From contig CBDCOX010000002.1 of the NCBI GenBank assembly GCA_965219995.1, positions 1,728,001 to 1,792,000 of the forward strand: a DNA stretch of 64,000 bases, given 5' to 3'. The notes under the pieces were generated by a model. The model saw only the letters and a list, made by a program, of their open reading frames with translations, ran no database searches and was not told the origin of the DNA. Positions 33,047-42,961 of this stretch are shown one piece after another (the first letter of the stretch is position 1; each line of letters opens with the position of its first letter). This DNA comes from Candidatus Latescibacterota bacterium. Lineage in GTDB: Bacteria; Latescibacterota; UBA2968; GCA-2709665. Both the position numbers and the translations under genes were made by a program.

Positions 33047-34549
33047 CTATTGGAATAACGCCCGGAAATCCTCAATGACGGCCAGAATGCCGAAGCAGGT
33101 GAACACAAGGCCGCAGAGGATGTTCAGCGTGACGAGGAACGAACCCATTCTGAGCGGTCGGGGAAGGTACTTCCGGTCGACCCATACCATCGCAAAGCAC
33201 CATGGTCCGGCCAGCAGCACTCCTGTAACGTGGAGCGGAATCGTCATCATCGAAATCGGGTTCCAACCCACGCCACGGGGATCCTGTGACGCCGTCCACC
33301 AGGCGTAGATCACGAGTCCGATCGCCGCAATGCCGGAGTAGAGGAGCGTCCACAGGCGCATCCTGTCCAGGGGGAGACTCCGCCATTTCACGGACACGGA
33401 CCGAACACATTCGTGTGACGTCCGTACGTAAAGTTCGAATGCACCGTAGACCGTGCCGAAGATTGCGAAGAATACACCGGCCTTGTAGAGGGCCGACAGC
33501 AGGTTCTGCGCCGTTTTGCTGGGATGCAGCTGCGTGAGGAAGACCACCTGATAGTTGTAGAGGTCCATTCCCGACGGGACGATCCGGTTGGGTTGCAACA
33601 GCGTTGCACCGAGGATGAGAAACGTCGCGGTGAACACGAGCACACTGCCGAACGAAACCGTACAGTCGATAAGGGGTGCCTTCAGCCACCTCAGCCCAAG
33701 CCGGACATTCTTCTCGTCTTCGGCGAGGGCCGGCCTCCGGCTTCCGCCCGACACCCGGCCGATCATCCCCCAGGCCTTCTCTCTCATCATGCCCACGTAT
33801 CCCACGTAGTCCTGCACGCCGCCGCCCATTACGCCCATGTACGCGACCATTTCCACGATCAGCGTTCGATCGGCGAACGCAGGGTTCGCCTTGACCCACT
33901 GCGGATAATCGGGCAGTGAAGGCATCGTCGCGCCTGCGAGTACCGCAAGCCAGTCCGGATTCACCGCAAAGGTCGCGATAATCATTACCACCAGCATCGC
34001 GCCGACGAGCATCAGCTGTATACGCTCCAGAAACCCGTAACTCTGCATCAGGGTCAGCGCGGCAAGCAGAACGATGAACAGTATCGCAATGGCGTGCGGG
34101 TACAACCCCGGATTGCCGAACAGCACCCACGACGTGATGGTGCCGAGCATGATGGGCAGACTCGCGAGATAGAACGGGAATGCCACCATGACGACCGAAC
34201 CGATGATCCCCGGAAACAGCCCGCGAGGACCGGGCAATGCCGCCCACCGTTCCATCGGGTGTTCGCCCGTGAGCGTCATATAGCGCGCCGCGGTAGAGAC
34301 CTGCACACCCTTCGTGAGGCAGAACAGGCTGAATGCCCAGAACATCGCATACCCGAAGATCGCACCGCTGCGCGAAGCCCACACCGTTTCGCCGCTGCCG
34401 ATGGTCACCGACGCGATGACGGCGCCCGGTCCGAAGAATTTCAGGAAATCCGTCACCCGCCGTGAGCGCAGTTCGGGGGCCAATTCCGGAAAACGCTGTT
34501 TTTGTTCTTCAGGATTCACGAAGTCCCTCCTGCGGGCCGGCGGAGCCAT
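33047..34549 (-). CDS. Nramp/APC-superfamily transporter
   Basis: GPGAVIASVTIGSGE, RY...TGE, about 11 hydrophobic segments. Confidence 0.8.
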   Translation of the reverse strand: MAPPARRRDFVNPEEQKQRFPELAPELRSRRVTDFLKFFGPGAVIASVTIGSGETVWASRSGAIFGYAMFWAFSLFCLTKGVQVSTAARYMTLTGEHPMERWAALPGPRGLFPGIIGSVVMVAFPFYLASLPIMLGTITSWVLFGNPGLYPHAIAILFIVLLAALTLMQSYGFLERIQLMLVGAMLVVMIIATFAVNPDWLAVLAGATMPSLPDYPQWVKANPAFADRTLIVEMVAYMGVMGGGVQDYVGYVGMMREKAWGMIGRVSGGSRRPALAEDEKNVRLGLRWLKAPLIDCTVSFGSVLVFTATFLILGATLLQPNRIVPSGMDLYNYQVVFLTQLHPSKTAQNLLSALYKAGVFFAIFGTVYGAFELYVRTSHECVRSVSVKWRSLPLDRMRLWTLLYSGIAAIGLVIYAWWTASQDPRGVGWNPISMMTIPLHVTGVLLAGPWCFAMVWVDRKYLPRPLRMGSFLVTLNILCGLVFTCFGILAVIEDFRALFQ

Positions 34550-34568
34550 TGAACGCAGCGAAAAGAGA

Positions 34569-35534
34569 TCACCTGACCGCGAACGGATTTCCCGGCGACC
34601 CGGTGGCGCCCTTCAGCCGCAATGGCGCAAATACGAACGCGAATTCGTAAACGCCGTCTGCCGCCAGCCCGTCGAGATCGAGATTCTCCAGGATATAGAC
34701 GCCGCTGCGCTGTATCAGCAACTCGTGGACCCTGAACGCACCTTCCTGGTCTTCCCCGGGCACGGCCTCGACCGCCCACGTATCCGCGCCTACCATGACG
34801 ATCTTCCTTTCGAGCAGCCACCGCGCGGCTTCCAGTCCAATGCCCGGCTGACCCGAATTGTAGGTCTCATTGTCGACCATCCATAGTTTTCCGTGGCCGG
34901 TCCGGATCAGTACGACGTCCCCTTCGGTGACCGCGACGGCCTGCTTCTTCAGGGCCCCTTCGATGTCCGCCGCGGTAATCACATATCCCACTTCCAACCG
35001 CTCCAGGCCCTTGTAGCCGACCACGTCCACCAGAACACCGCGGGTAAAGAACACCCCTACGTTCTCAACGCCCAGTTTCTCCAGTCCGTAAGCCGACCCG
35101 ACCTCCGACCGCGTAAACCCATTGTAGAAGATATCCTGATTGCCCTTGCGCGTGCCGATATGGCCCAATCCATCGAACTGCGTTCCCACCTGTCCGATCT
35201 CGCCGCTGAACATTTCGTCGTACCAGATCAGCTGATTTTCTCCGACCGGCCCTCCCGTTGGCGAACCGGGAATGGTCAGACTGTAGTGCCGATTCCCGAA
35301 AAGCGGAATGCCGGGCTCGTACACCCGGCCGAGTTGATAGGTCTTGCCGGCCCGGATCAAACTCGCCGCAGACAAGACCTTTTCCGGGGTCAGGCGGTTC
35401 ATCGCGCCTCTCTGATCGCCTTCACCCCATTCCGAGGGCCACCACTTGTCTCCATCCGTGCCTTGCTGCGCCACGGCCGGAGTCATCGCGATCAGGCAAC
35501 CGACGAACAAGGCACACCAATATCGATTTCGCAT
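34569..35534 (-). CDS. Secreted cyclase-family (kynurenine formamidase-like) metallohydrolase
   Basis: Signal peptide; GTQFDGLGH, TRGVLVD, GDVVLIRTG, ENL, GATGSP. Confidence 0.85.
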   Translation of the reverse strand: MRNRYWCALFVGCLIAMTPAVAQQGTDGDKWWPSEWGEGDQRGAMNRLTPEKVLSAASLIRAGKTYQLGRVYEPGIPLFGNRHYSLTIPGSPTGGPVGENQLIWYDEMFSGEIGQVGTQFDGLGHIGTRKGNQDIFYNGFTRSEVGSAYGLEKLGVENVGVFFTRGVLVDVVGYKGLERLEVGYVITAADIEGALKKQAVAVTEGDVVLIRTGHGKLWMVDNETYNSGQPGIGLEAARWLLERKIVMVGADTWAVEAVPGEDQEGAFRVHELLIQRSGVYILENLDLDGLAADGVYEFAFVFAPLRLKGATGSPGNPFAVR

Positions 35535-35756
35535 TTCCGCCTCCTTGAGGGCGTAGGGTTGACACGGTATCGGCGCACACCGTGATTATGATAATACGCC
35601 CAATGACCAAAGGCAAGGGCGGAATGCGAAGTTTGACCCGACGGACAGAAGCCTGTTGCGCCCGGAACATGCGCATGGTATCTTGGACGCTGTCCTCGAC
35701 ACCGCCCCCGACGCACGGCGCCGACCCCGTCATCTTCGTCATTTCAGGGCGTACCC

Positions 35757-36776
35757 ATGAAGACCGAAATTCTCGGCCGAACCGGCCTGGAAATCCCGAT
35801 TGTGGGTCTCGGTACCGGCTTTATCGGCATCGCGGATCCCAACCGCGCGGCGGTGGAATACGATTTCATGGATGCGTGGACCGCTGACGGCCCGAAACCC
35901 TCGGGTGACGTCGCCGGCCGGTCCAGCCATATGGACGTCGAGCTGGGAATTGCAACGGTGCACGCGGCGATCGAAGCGGGCTCCACGCTGATCGATACCG
36001 CCCCGCTGTACGGCTCCGGAAACAGCGAGTCCATCATCGGCGAGGCCCTCAGGCAGCGACCCGACCTGGCAAAGCGGTGCACCGTCACCACAAAAGTGGG
36101 GCAGACGGCCGACGGCCGGGACTATTCATACGACGCAGTCATGCGGCAGGTCGAGGAGAGCCGGCGCCGGCTCGGAATCGACGGTTTCGACGTTCTCTAC
36201 ATCCACGATGCCATGGAGATTCCCGTCGAGGAAGTCATGGGCGGGAGCAGTGCCCTTGGCGCACTTCGAAAGCTTCAGGATGCGGGCGTCACACGCTTTA
36301 TCGGCACTGCCGCCAACGACCCCGGCACCAACGCCTGGTACCTCGAAACGGGGGAATTCGATGCCGCGGTCGTTCCTGATGCGCTCAGCCTGATCAATCA
36401 GCTTGCCGGCGAGCGCATCCTGCCCGCCGCGATCAGGCACAACGTGGGTCTCGTGGCTGCCACGCCGGTCGAACGGGGACTGCTCGCGACGGGTCCCGTG
36501 AAAGGCATCAATTACCTGGCCCGGAATTTCAGCCGGTCATGCGTGGATCACGTCTCGAAAATCCAGACTCTTTGCGCCAGACACGGGGTACCCATGGTTG
36601 CGGCAGCCCTTCAGTGGTGCACCCGCCATCCCCAGGTGGCCGCCACCATACCCGGCGCCCGCGTCCCGGCCGAGGCCCGTGCGAACGCCGATGCCGGAGC
36701 CGCTGAAATACCCGAAGCATTCTGGATGGAACTCGCCCCGCTCGTGCGCCACTTTGAAGTGGTCGTGGACCGATAA
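35757..36776 (+). CDS. Aldo/keto reductase
   Basis: LGRTGL, IDTAPLYG.G.SE, TTKVG, LYIHD. Confidence 0.9.
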   Translation: MKTEILGRTGLEIPIVGLGTGFIGIADPNRAAVEYDFMDAWTADGPKPSGDVAGRSSHMDVELGIATVHAAIEAGSTLIDTAPLYGSGNSESIIGEALRQRPDLAKRCTVTTKVGQTADGRDYSYDAVMRQVEESRRRLGIDGFDVLYIHDAMEIPVEEVMGGSSALGALRKLQDAGVTRFIGTAANDPGTNAWYLETGEFDAAVVPDALSLINQLAGERILPAAIRHNVGLVAATPVERGLLATGPVKGINYLARNFSRSCVDHVSKIQTLCARHGVPMVAAALQWCTRHPQVAATIPGARVPAEARANADAGAAEIPEAFWMELAPLVRHFEVVVDR

Positions 36777-36798
36777 AAAAGCCGCGGATGTTCAGTTT

Positions 36799-37689
36799 AT
36801 GGCCCTGAACCTGACCCTTCTGGGAACAGGAACCCCCACCCCCCTCGACCACCGCGCGGGCTCCGGCTACCTCGTCACGTTCGACGAGGAGGTCCTGCTG
36901 TTCGACTGCGGCCCGGGCGTCGCGCGACGCCTCCTCGAAGCGGCCGTCCCGCCCGAGGCGCTGACGCGTCTCTTTCTGACCCATCTCCACTACGACCACT
37001 GCGTGGACTACGCGTGTATCGTACTCACCCGATGGGACCAGGGCGCGGGCAAGATCCCCGACCTCGACGTGTACGGTCCGGCGCCGTTGATTCGCATGAC
37101 GGAGAGTCTCTTCGGGCCCGACGGCGCCTTCGGGCCGGATCTCGATGCAAGAACACAGCACCCCGGCAGCGAGTTCGTCTACGAACGGAGGGGCGGAATC
37201 CTGCCCCGGCAACGGCCCTGCCCCACCGTCACCGAAGTGGCGGACGGCTCGTGCATTCAGGTCGGGAACTGGCGTGTCTATACCGCCGAAGTCATCCATG
37301 TCCAACCGCAGCTCACGTGCCTGGCCTACCGGCTGGACACCCCCTACGGGACCGTCGTCTTCGGCGGCGACACGGCGCCGACCCCCCGGCTAACGGAACT
37401 GGCGAGAGGCGCGGACGTTCTCATTCACATGTGCCACCTGATCAACGACGTCGAACGGGACCCGCGCATCACAAGCTGCTGCTCCGGCCACCTCGACGCC
37501 GCCCGGACCGCCTCGGAAGCGGGAGTCGGCACACTGATTCTGACCCACGTTACGGAACAGTTGGAGCCGCCCGGCGTCCGGGAGCGCCTCGTGGCCGAAG
37601 CCGCGCGCATCTTCAACGGCCACGTCGTTTTCGCGGAAGATCTCACGGAAGTGCCCGTCGGTCCCATCGATCCGGAACCCATCCGATAG
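36799..37689 (+). CDS. Metallo-beta-lactamase fold hydrolase (RNase Z/AtsA-like)
   Basis: LLGTGTP, FDCG, THLHYDH, GDT, LTH. Confidence 0.85.
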   Translation: MALNLTLLGTGTPTPLDHRAGSGYLVTFDEEVLLFDCGPGVARRLLEAAVPPEALTRLFLTHLHYDHCVDYACIVLTRWDQGAGKIPDLDVYGPAPLIRMTESLFGPDGAFGPDLDARTQHPGSEFVYERRGGILPRQRPCPTVTEVADGSCIQVGNWRVYTAEVIHVQPQLTCLAYRLDTPYGTVVFGGDTAPTPRLTELARGADVLIHMCHLINDVERDPRITSCCSGHLDAARTASEAGVGTLILTHVTEQLEPPGVRERLVAEAARIFNGHVVFAEDLTEVPVGPIDPEPIR

Positions 37690-37765
37690 CCGGCGCCGGG
37701 CGCGCCCGGGTCGCTACACGGTTTTACGTCATCAGACTTCCGACCCACACTCCAGGAGCTTCAAG

Positions 37766-39130
37766 GTGAAAGCCCTCATCCTGGCCGCCGGTAAAGGCGA
37801 ACGATTCTACCCGTTCAACCACTACCGGCCCAAACCCATGTTTCCCATTTGCAACCGGCCGCTGATCGAGTGGACCGTTGAACGCGTCGTGGACGCGGGC
37901 TTCACGGACGTCGGCATCGTCGTGGGCCACCGGCAGGGAAGGATACGCAGCCATTTTTCGGACGGCAGCCGATTCGGATGCGGGATCACGTACATCGAAC
38001 AGCCGGAGCAACTCGGGACGGCCAATGCCGTATGCGCCGCGGCAGAGTTTATCGGCAGGAGCGACTATCTGATTGTCTACGGCGACCTCTTCTTCGAACC
38101 GAAGGTCCTTTCGCAGCTACGGGATGCGTTCGCCGACCGCTCCGTGGCCGCGGTACACCAGAGCGATCAGCTCAGCCGGCGCATTCGCGTGGAAACCGAC
38201 GACCGCGAGAACGTCGTTGGCTACACCTGGAAGCCCCGTTCGTCCGCCGGCACGGCGCTGTCCGGCCTGTTCATGTTCAGGAACGACGCGCTGCAGGACC
38301 TTGCGAATACATCGGACTTCATAACCCGAGTGCAAAACGGCGTCACGCCGCCCGAGGGCCACGATATCGCCGATGCCCTGCCGGTCATGCACCGGGAAGG
38401 CCGGCCCGCCGCCGCCGTCCGATCCGACGGCGTCTGCTTCGATATGGACCTGCCCTGGGAACCCCTCGCGGTCTGTCGACTGGCTGCGCGGGAAATGGCC
38501 CGGGAACTGCCGGACACCCGGATCGCCGAAACGGCGCGAGTGGACGTCAACGCGCACGTCGACGGCCCGGTATTCGTGGACGAAGGCGCGACCATCTCAT
38601 CCGGGGTCCGTATCAGCGGGCCCGTCTGGATCGGCAGAAACACGCACGTTTTCGAGGGCTCCCAGATTGCCTCCGGCACGGTCATTGGGGACGACTGCCG
38701 GATCGGCCCGTTCGCGAAGGTTTCCGGCATTGTGGACCGCAACAACCACATCACGTTTCTCGGAGAATTCAGCGGCGTCATCCTGGCGGGCGGGCGGATC
38801 ACCCACCAGATGCAGATTGCGGGCATCTACGGCGAAGGCGCGGAGTTCGGCGCCGGCACCCAGGTTGGAACGCTCAGATTCGACGATGGCCCCACGCAGG
38901 TGGAAGTGAAGGGCATCCGCCGTCCCGCCCCCGGTTTCTCCGGCGCACTCTTCGGCGACTATGCTCGCACGGGCGTGGGGACCATCCTCATGCCGGGCCG
39001 CATCGTCGGCCCCGGCGCGATGGTCGGTCCCGGCGTGGTTCTGATGAAAAACGTGCCGCCTCACAAAGCCGTGATCCTGAAGCAGGAGCACGAGGAAATC
39101 GATTGGGGGCCGGAGATTTACGATCACTGA
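37766..39130 (+). CDS. Sugar-phosphate nucleotidyltransferase with left-handed beta-helix (GlmU-like)
   Basis: ILAAGKGERF..RPKPM, QLGTA.AV, YGD; hexapeptide repeats in C-terminal half. Confidence 0.85.
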   Translation: MKALILAAGKGERFYPFNHYRPKPMFPICNRPLIEWTVERVVDAGFTDVGIVVGHRQGRIRSHFSDGSRFGCGITYIEQPEQLGTANAVCAAAEFIGRSDYLIVYGDLFFEPKVLSQLRDAFADRSVAAVHQSDQLSRRIRVETDDRENVVGYTWKPRSSAGTALSGLFMFRNDALQDLANTSDFITRVQNGVTPPEGHDIADALPVMHREGRPAAAVRSDGVCFDMDLPWEPLAVCRLAAREMARELPDTRIAETARVDVNAHVDGPVFVDEGATISSGVRISGPVWIGRNTHVFEGSQIASGTVIGDDCRIGPFAKVSGIVDRNNHITFLGEFSGVILAGGRITHQMQIAGIYGEGAEFGAGTQVGTLRFDDGPTQVEVKGIRRPAPGFSGALFGDYARTGVGTILMPGRIVGPGAMVGPGVVLMKNVPPHKAVILKQEHEEIDWGPEIYDH

Positions 39131-39134
39131 ACCA

Positions 39135-40903
39135 GTGTCCAGGACAGGAGTGTCGATGCTGCGGGACCGGATCGAGGCCGAGATTCACCGGCGCGCGGAT
39201 GGTTACAGACACCAGACCCATCTGATTGCCGATTATTACAGGGTTCGCCGAAAAATCGCCTACCCGCTTCCGATCCGTAAGATAGTGCTACCTGGACTGC
39301 CCATCCCCGGCATCGCCGCTTACCCGTGGGCTATCTGGATGACGTGGAGCCTGGAAGAGCGAATGCTCAGCCTCGGGTGGGCGTCGTCGTGGTTCAGAGA
39401 CGAAGAGGCGCGCCGGCTGGCCGTTGCCGACCTGGACGCCCTGGCCGAATGGCCGTGCTACCGCCAGCTTCCGATGCCCGACCTGAGTTCCGGTCACGCG
39501 CTGCGCATGCTCTGGCTGGCCTACACCCGGTGGGACTGGCTGCCCGGATGCCTGCTGGAAAAGATCGAACGTGCGTTTCACCGCCACATCGAAGACACGC
39601 TTCCATTGTCCGATGCCAGGCACGGCGCCTTCAAAAGCAAGGAAGACATCCTGGCCCTGGACGAACCCCACACCGTGCTGCACAACATCCCGTTCATCGG
39701 CACGGTTGGCCTTGCCCTTGCCGCAAACGGGATTTCCCATCCCGCCGCCGAAACATTGAACCGGAGGCTGGAGGCGCTCCTTGGGGCGATCCTGGACCTG
39801 CGAACGAACGGCCATTCGGAAGGGATCGGTTACGACGGATACATTCTGGATTTCGCCGCCGACTGGCTCGGGACACTCTCCGCGCCAGGAAGGATGGCCC
39901 TGATGGGCCATCCGCGCTTCGACGACGTGATGGATGAATCCATCGCGCTCGGGGCGCCCGGGAATATTGCAAATATCGCCAGGTTGAGCGACGCGGAACC
40001 CGGGAGATGCCGTTCCACATATCCTGTCATGCCAAACACTACCGCTACCGGCCCTCGCCCCGTACCGGATGGTTCCTGAAACGCTGTCCCCTGCGGTGGC
40101 TGCGCGCCGATGCGCTCGCAGCGCTGCACGAGGTTGCGGATGAACTGAAATGCGAGCCGCCCGAAGCCGGGGCCATCGATGCCCACTATGCGGTCGTGCT
40201 CAGGAGCGGATGGGAGGCGGACGACCTGTCGGTGGCCATGGCGGCCAGCAACTCGAAGATGAGTCATATCCAGAACGACAACGGAACCATCGTCATCGGC
40301 GCCGCGGGCCGCTGGCCGGTATCGGACCCCGGCTACCAGCAGTACATGAAGAAAAGAGAGCGTGAATTCACACTGGGGCTGACGGCGCACAATGCGCCCG
40401 TCATCAATGGTGCGGCACAGACCGGGAAGCCGGCAGACCGCAGGGTCGCGCTGCGGCAGGGTGACGGAAACACGCCGATGGCCGAACTGGACCTTACGGC
40501 CTGTTATCCCGCGGAAGCGGGGTTGAAACGGGTCGTCCGAACGCTGTGGCTTTCGGAGAAGAACCTGGTCGTGCTCGCCGACCGCGTGCGAGGCGCCGCA
40601 GTCGAGTCGATCGCCTATCACTGGCACGGTCACCCGGACGCCGCCTGGTGGGTGGAGGGTGACATGGCCCGGCTCTACGCGCCCGACCTTACGATCTGGA
40701 TCGGCTCGCCCCAGGCCCGGATCACAGACCGAAACGTCGACCGCCTGCCCGGATCCAGGGGCCATCTCACGCTTGGCGCGAACGCCGACCCGTCCGCGCC
40801 ATTCGTCTGGTGGGTTTTCGCGACAGGCGATACGCGACCGTCCGTGTCACTGCACGAACAGGGAAGTGAGATCCGTGTCGACGGCCGCAGTTTTCAGGTA
40901 TGA
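39135..40903 (+). pseudogene. Heparinase II/III-like protein split by a single frameshift near 40000
   Basis: ORF 39135-40079 (SEGIGYD) continues in another frame as EMPFH...VLRSGW...H.QNDNG...DPGY...AHNAPVING; one extra base at GAACCCGGGAGATG joins the halves. Confidence 0.7.
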
Positions 40904-41026
40904 TGAATTTTTGCGCCCGATACAGATCGAGAACCGCCGTCCCGCTGGAAGATGCAACCCGCCGGACGCGTGAGATTTCAGGCCTGGCCCGGCTCCGTTT
41001 GGCGATGCGAGAGAAGGAACTCTTGA

Positions 41027-42958
41027 ATGAACGCTTCGAAGATTTGTGACGTTCCCTTCCTGGCGCCCTCCAATTCCACGGGGGAGCTCATACCCGACCC
41101 CAATCTCGGACGCCCTGTGCTCTACCAGTCCATGTTCTCCGCGGTGCCTGGCCGCCCGCCGGCGCTGGTACGCACCGACTTCGAGCGTCACGAGTACGCG
41201 TCCTTCGCCCAGCCTCGAGGCCGCGGGACCTGGAAGGCCCGGCTCCTGTCCGACAACAAGATCTGGTTCGGCATGAACGGCCCGGGGCAGCTCGCCTGTT
41301 TCAACCCGATCACCGAATCCTACGAGGACGTCCCGCCCCACAGCCCGTCGACGAAAAACTCCCATCTCACGGACGTCGTCGAAGGGCCGGACGGAAGGCT
41401 GTACATGCCGGGCTACCCTTCTGGCGACTGTGTGGTTTACGACCGCAGCACGGGCGAATACCGGGAAGTCGCCGTCGCGGAAAGCAACCATCAGCTCTTC
41501 GCCGCCTGTCTCACCGACGGCGGACACATCGGCATTCTCAACGGCCTCCAGCACGGCGTCTACGCCCTCGATCCACGCACGGATGAAGTCACCGTGACGT
41601 CGCCGCCGCACCTTACCGGCCGGCCGGACGCTTACAGCGGCTTCCTGCGCCTCGGCGATCAGTTCCTGGTCACCGTCGGCCATCCTGAAGGCGGCATCGA
41701 AATCTGTCGGTTTTCTGCGATGGACCTCAACTTTCTCGGTTCCTTCGTTGTCAGGACGGCGGTTACCTCCGGACGGAACCTGATGGCCTCGCCGGAAGGC
41801 CGCCTCTATATGAGCGTGGACGACGGGTACCTCTACGCCATCGACCTGAAAAGGGAGTGCGCAGAACTCGCCTGCCGCATCCCTCGTGTTCCCAGCCGCG
41901 GCAACTACTATCTCCTTGACGAGCATCGGGTCCTTTTCGCCGGCCACTCCCAGTATTACGGCCTCTGTGACATCCGGACCGGCGAACTCGATCTCCACCG
42001 GACGGAGATAGAGAATCCCCCCATCGGCATCTTTTCCATTCTGCCGACATCAACCGGCGATATCTACTGCTCGGCCCATCTGGGCCTTTCCCTCTCACGC
42101 GTGTACCCGGCTTCTGAACGGGCGGAGGTACTGGGGTTGACGTACAACGGGTCGGGCGAAATCTACGGCAGCGCCGAAGCCGGCGGCAACATCTACAGCA
42201 TCGCCTATACGCACAACGTGCTTACCGTATACGATCCGGTTCGACCCTGGCGCCCCGGCCCCGCCGCGAGCGACAATCCGCGGAATCTCGGCCCGATGGG
42301 AGACGAACAGTACCGACCCGTCACCGGCATTCTCAAAGGGCCGCGAAACAGACTCTACATCGGATCCATGCCGGACTACGGGGCGCGTGGCGGCGCGCTT
42401 ACCGTTGTGAATCCTTCCGATAACAGCCACAAGTCCTACCGCCACCTGGTCCCCGATCATTCCATTCTGGGCCTGGCCGCAGGCCCGGAACACGTCTATC
42501 TTGGCACCAGCGTTATCGCGGACGGCTATATCCGGCCGGCCGAAGGCAACGCGTGTTTCCTGATTTTCGATCCCGGCAGCGAAAACGTCCTTTACAAGCT
42601 GGAAATCGAGGGCGCCCGCAGCCTCATTACCATGGGCTGCGCCTCGGACCGCGTCTTTTTCTGGACCGACGACCACGCGGGCGGCAGTCGACTTTTCGCC
42701 TGCCGTCTTTCCGACCGCGTGGTCAGTGCCGTCAGCACCCCGTTCACCAGCGGCAGGCCCCACAACCGGCCCATGATTACGGGCACGGACGGCGATCTCT
42801 TCTTCACCCACGGAAACCGGATCGTTCGCCTCGATCCCAGGACCGAATCGCTCGCCATCGCCCACACCACGGACGCCGGCGATACGCCGATTCTGGCCGG
42901 AACCGGCGGCGGTATCCTGTTCTCGCAACGGCACGAACTCTGGCTGTTGACGTTATAA
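41027..42958 (+). CDS. Beta-propeller repeat protein, function unknown
   Basis: Repeated GPDGRLY/PEGRLY/TGDIY/GGNIY/NRLYIG blades. Confidence 0.75.
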   Translation: MNASKICDVPFLAPSNSTGELIPDPNLGRPVLYQSMFSAVPGRPPALVRTDFERHEYASFAQPRGRGTWKARLLSDNKIWFGMNGPGQLACFNPITESYEDVPPHSPSTKNSHLTDVVEGPDGRLYMPGYPSGDCVVYDRSTGEYREVAVAESNHQLFAACLTDGGHIGILNGLQHGVYALDPRTDEVTVTSPPHLTGRPDAYSGFLRLGDQFLVTVGHPEGGIEICRFSAMDLNFLGSFVVRTAVTSGRNLMASPEGRLYMSVDDGYLYAIDLKRECAELACRIPRVPSRGNYYLLDEHRVLFAGHSQYYGLCDIRTGELDLHRTEIENPPIGIFSILPTSTGDIYCSAHLGLSLSRVYPASERAEVLGLTYNGSGEIYGSAEAGGNIYSIAYTHNVLTVYDPVRPWRPGPAASDNPRNLGPMGDEQYRPVTGILKGPRNRLYIGSMPDYGARGGALTVVNPSDNSHKSYRHLVPDHSILGLAAGPEHVYLGTSVIADGYIRPAEGNACFLIFDPGSENVLYKLEIEGARSLITMGCASDRVFFWTDDHAGGSRLFACRLSDRVVSAVSTPFTSGRPHNRPMITGTDGDLFFTHGNRIVRLDPRTESLAIAHTTDAGDTPILAGTGGGILFSQRHELWLLTL

Positions 42959-42961
42959 CCG

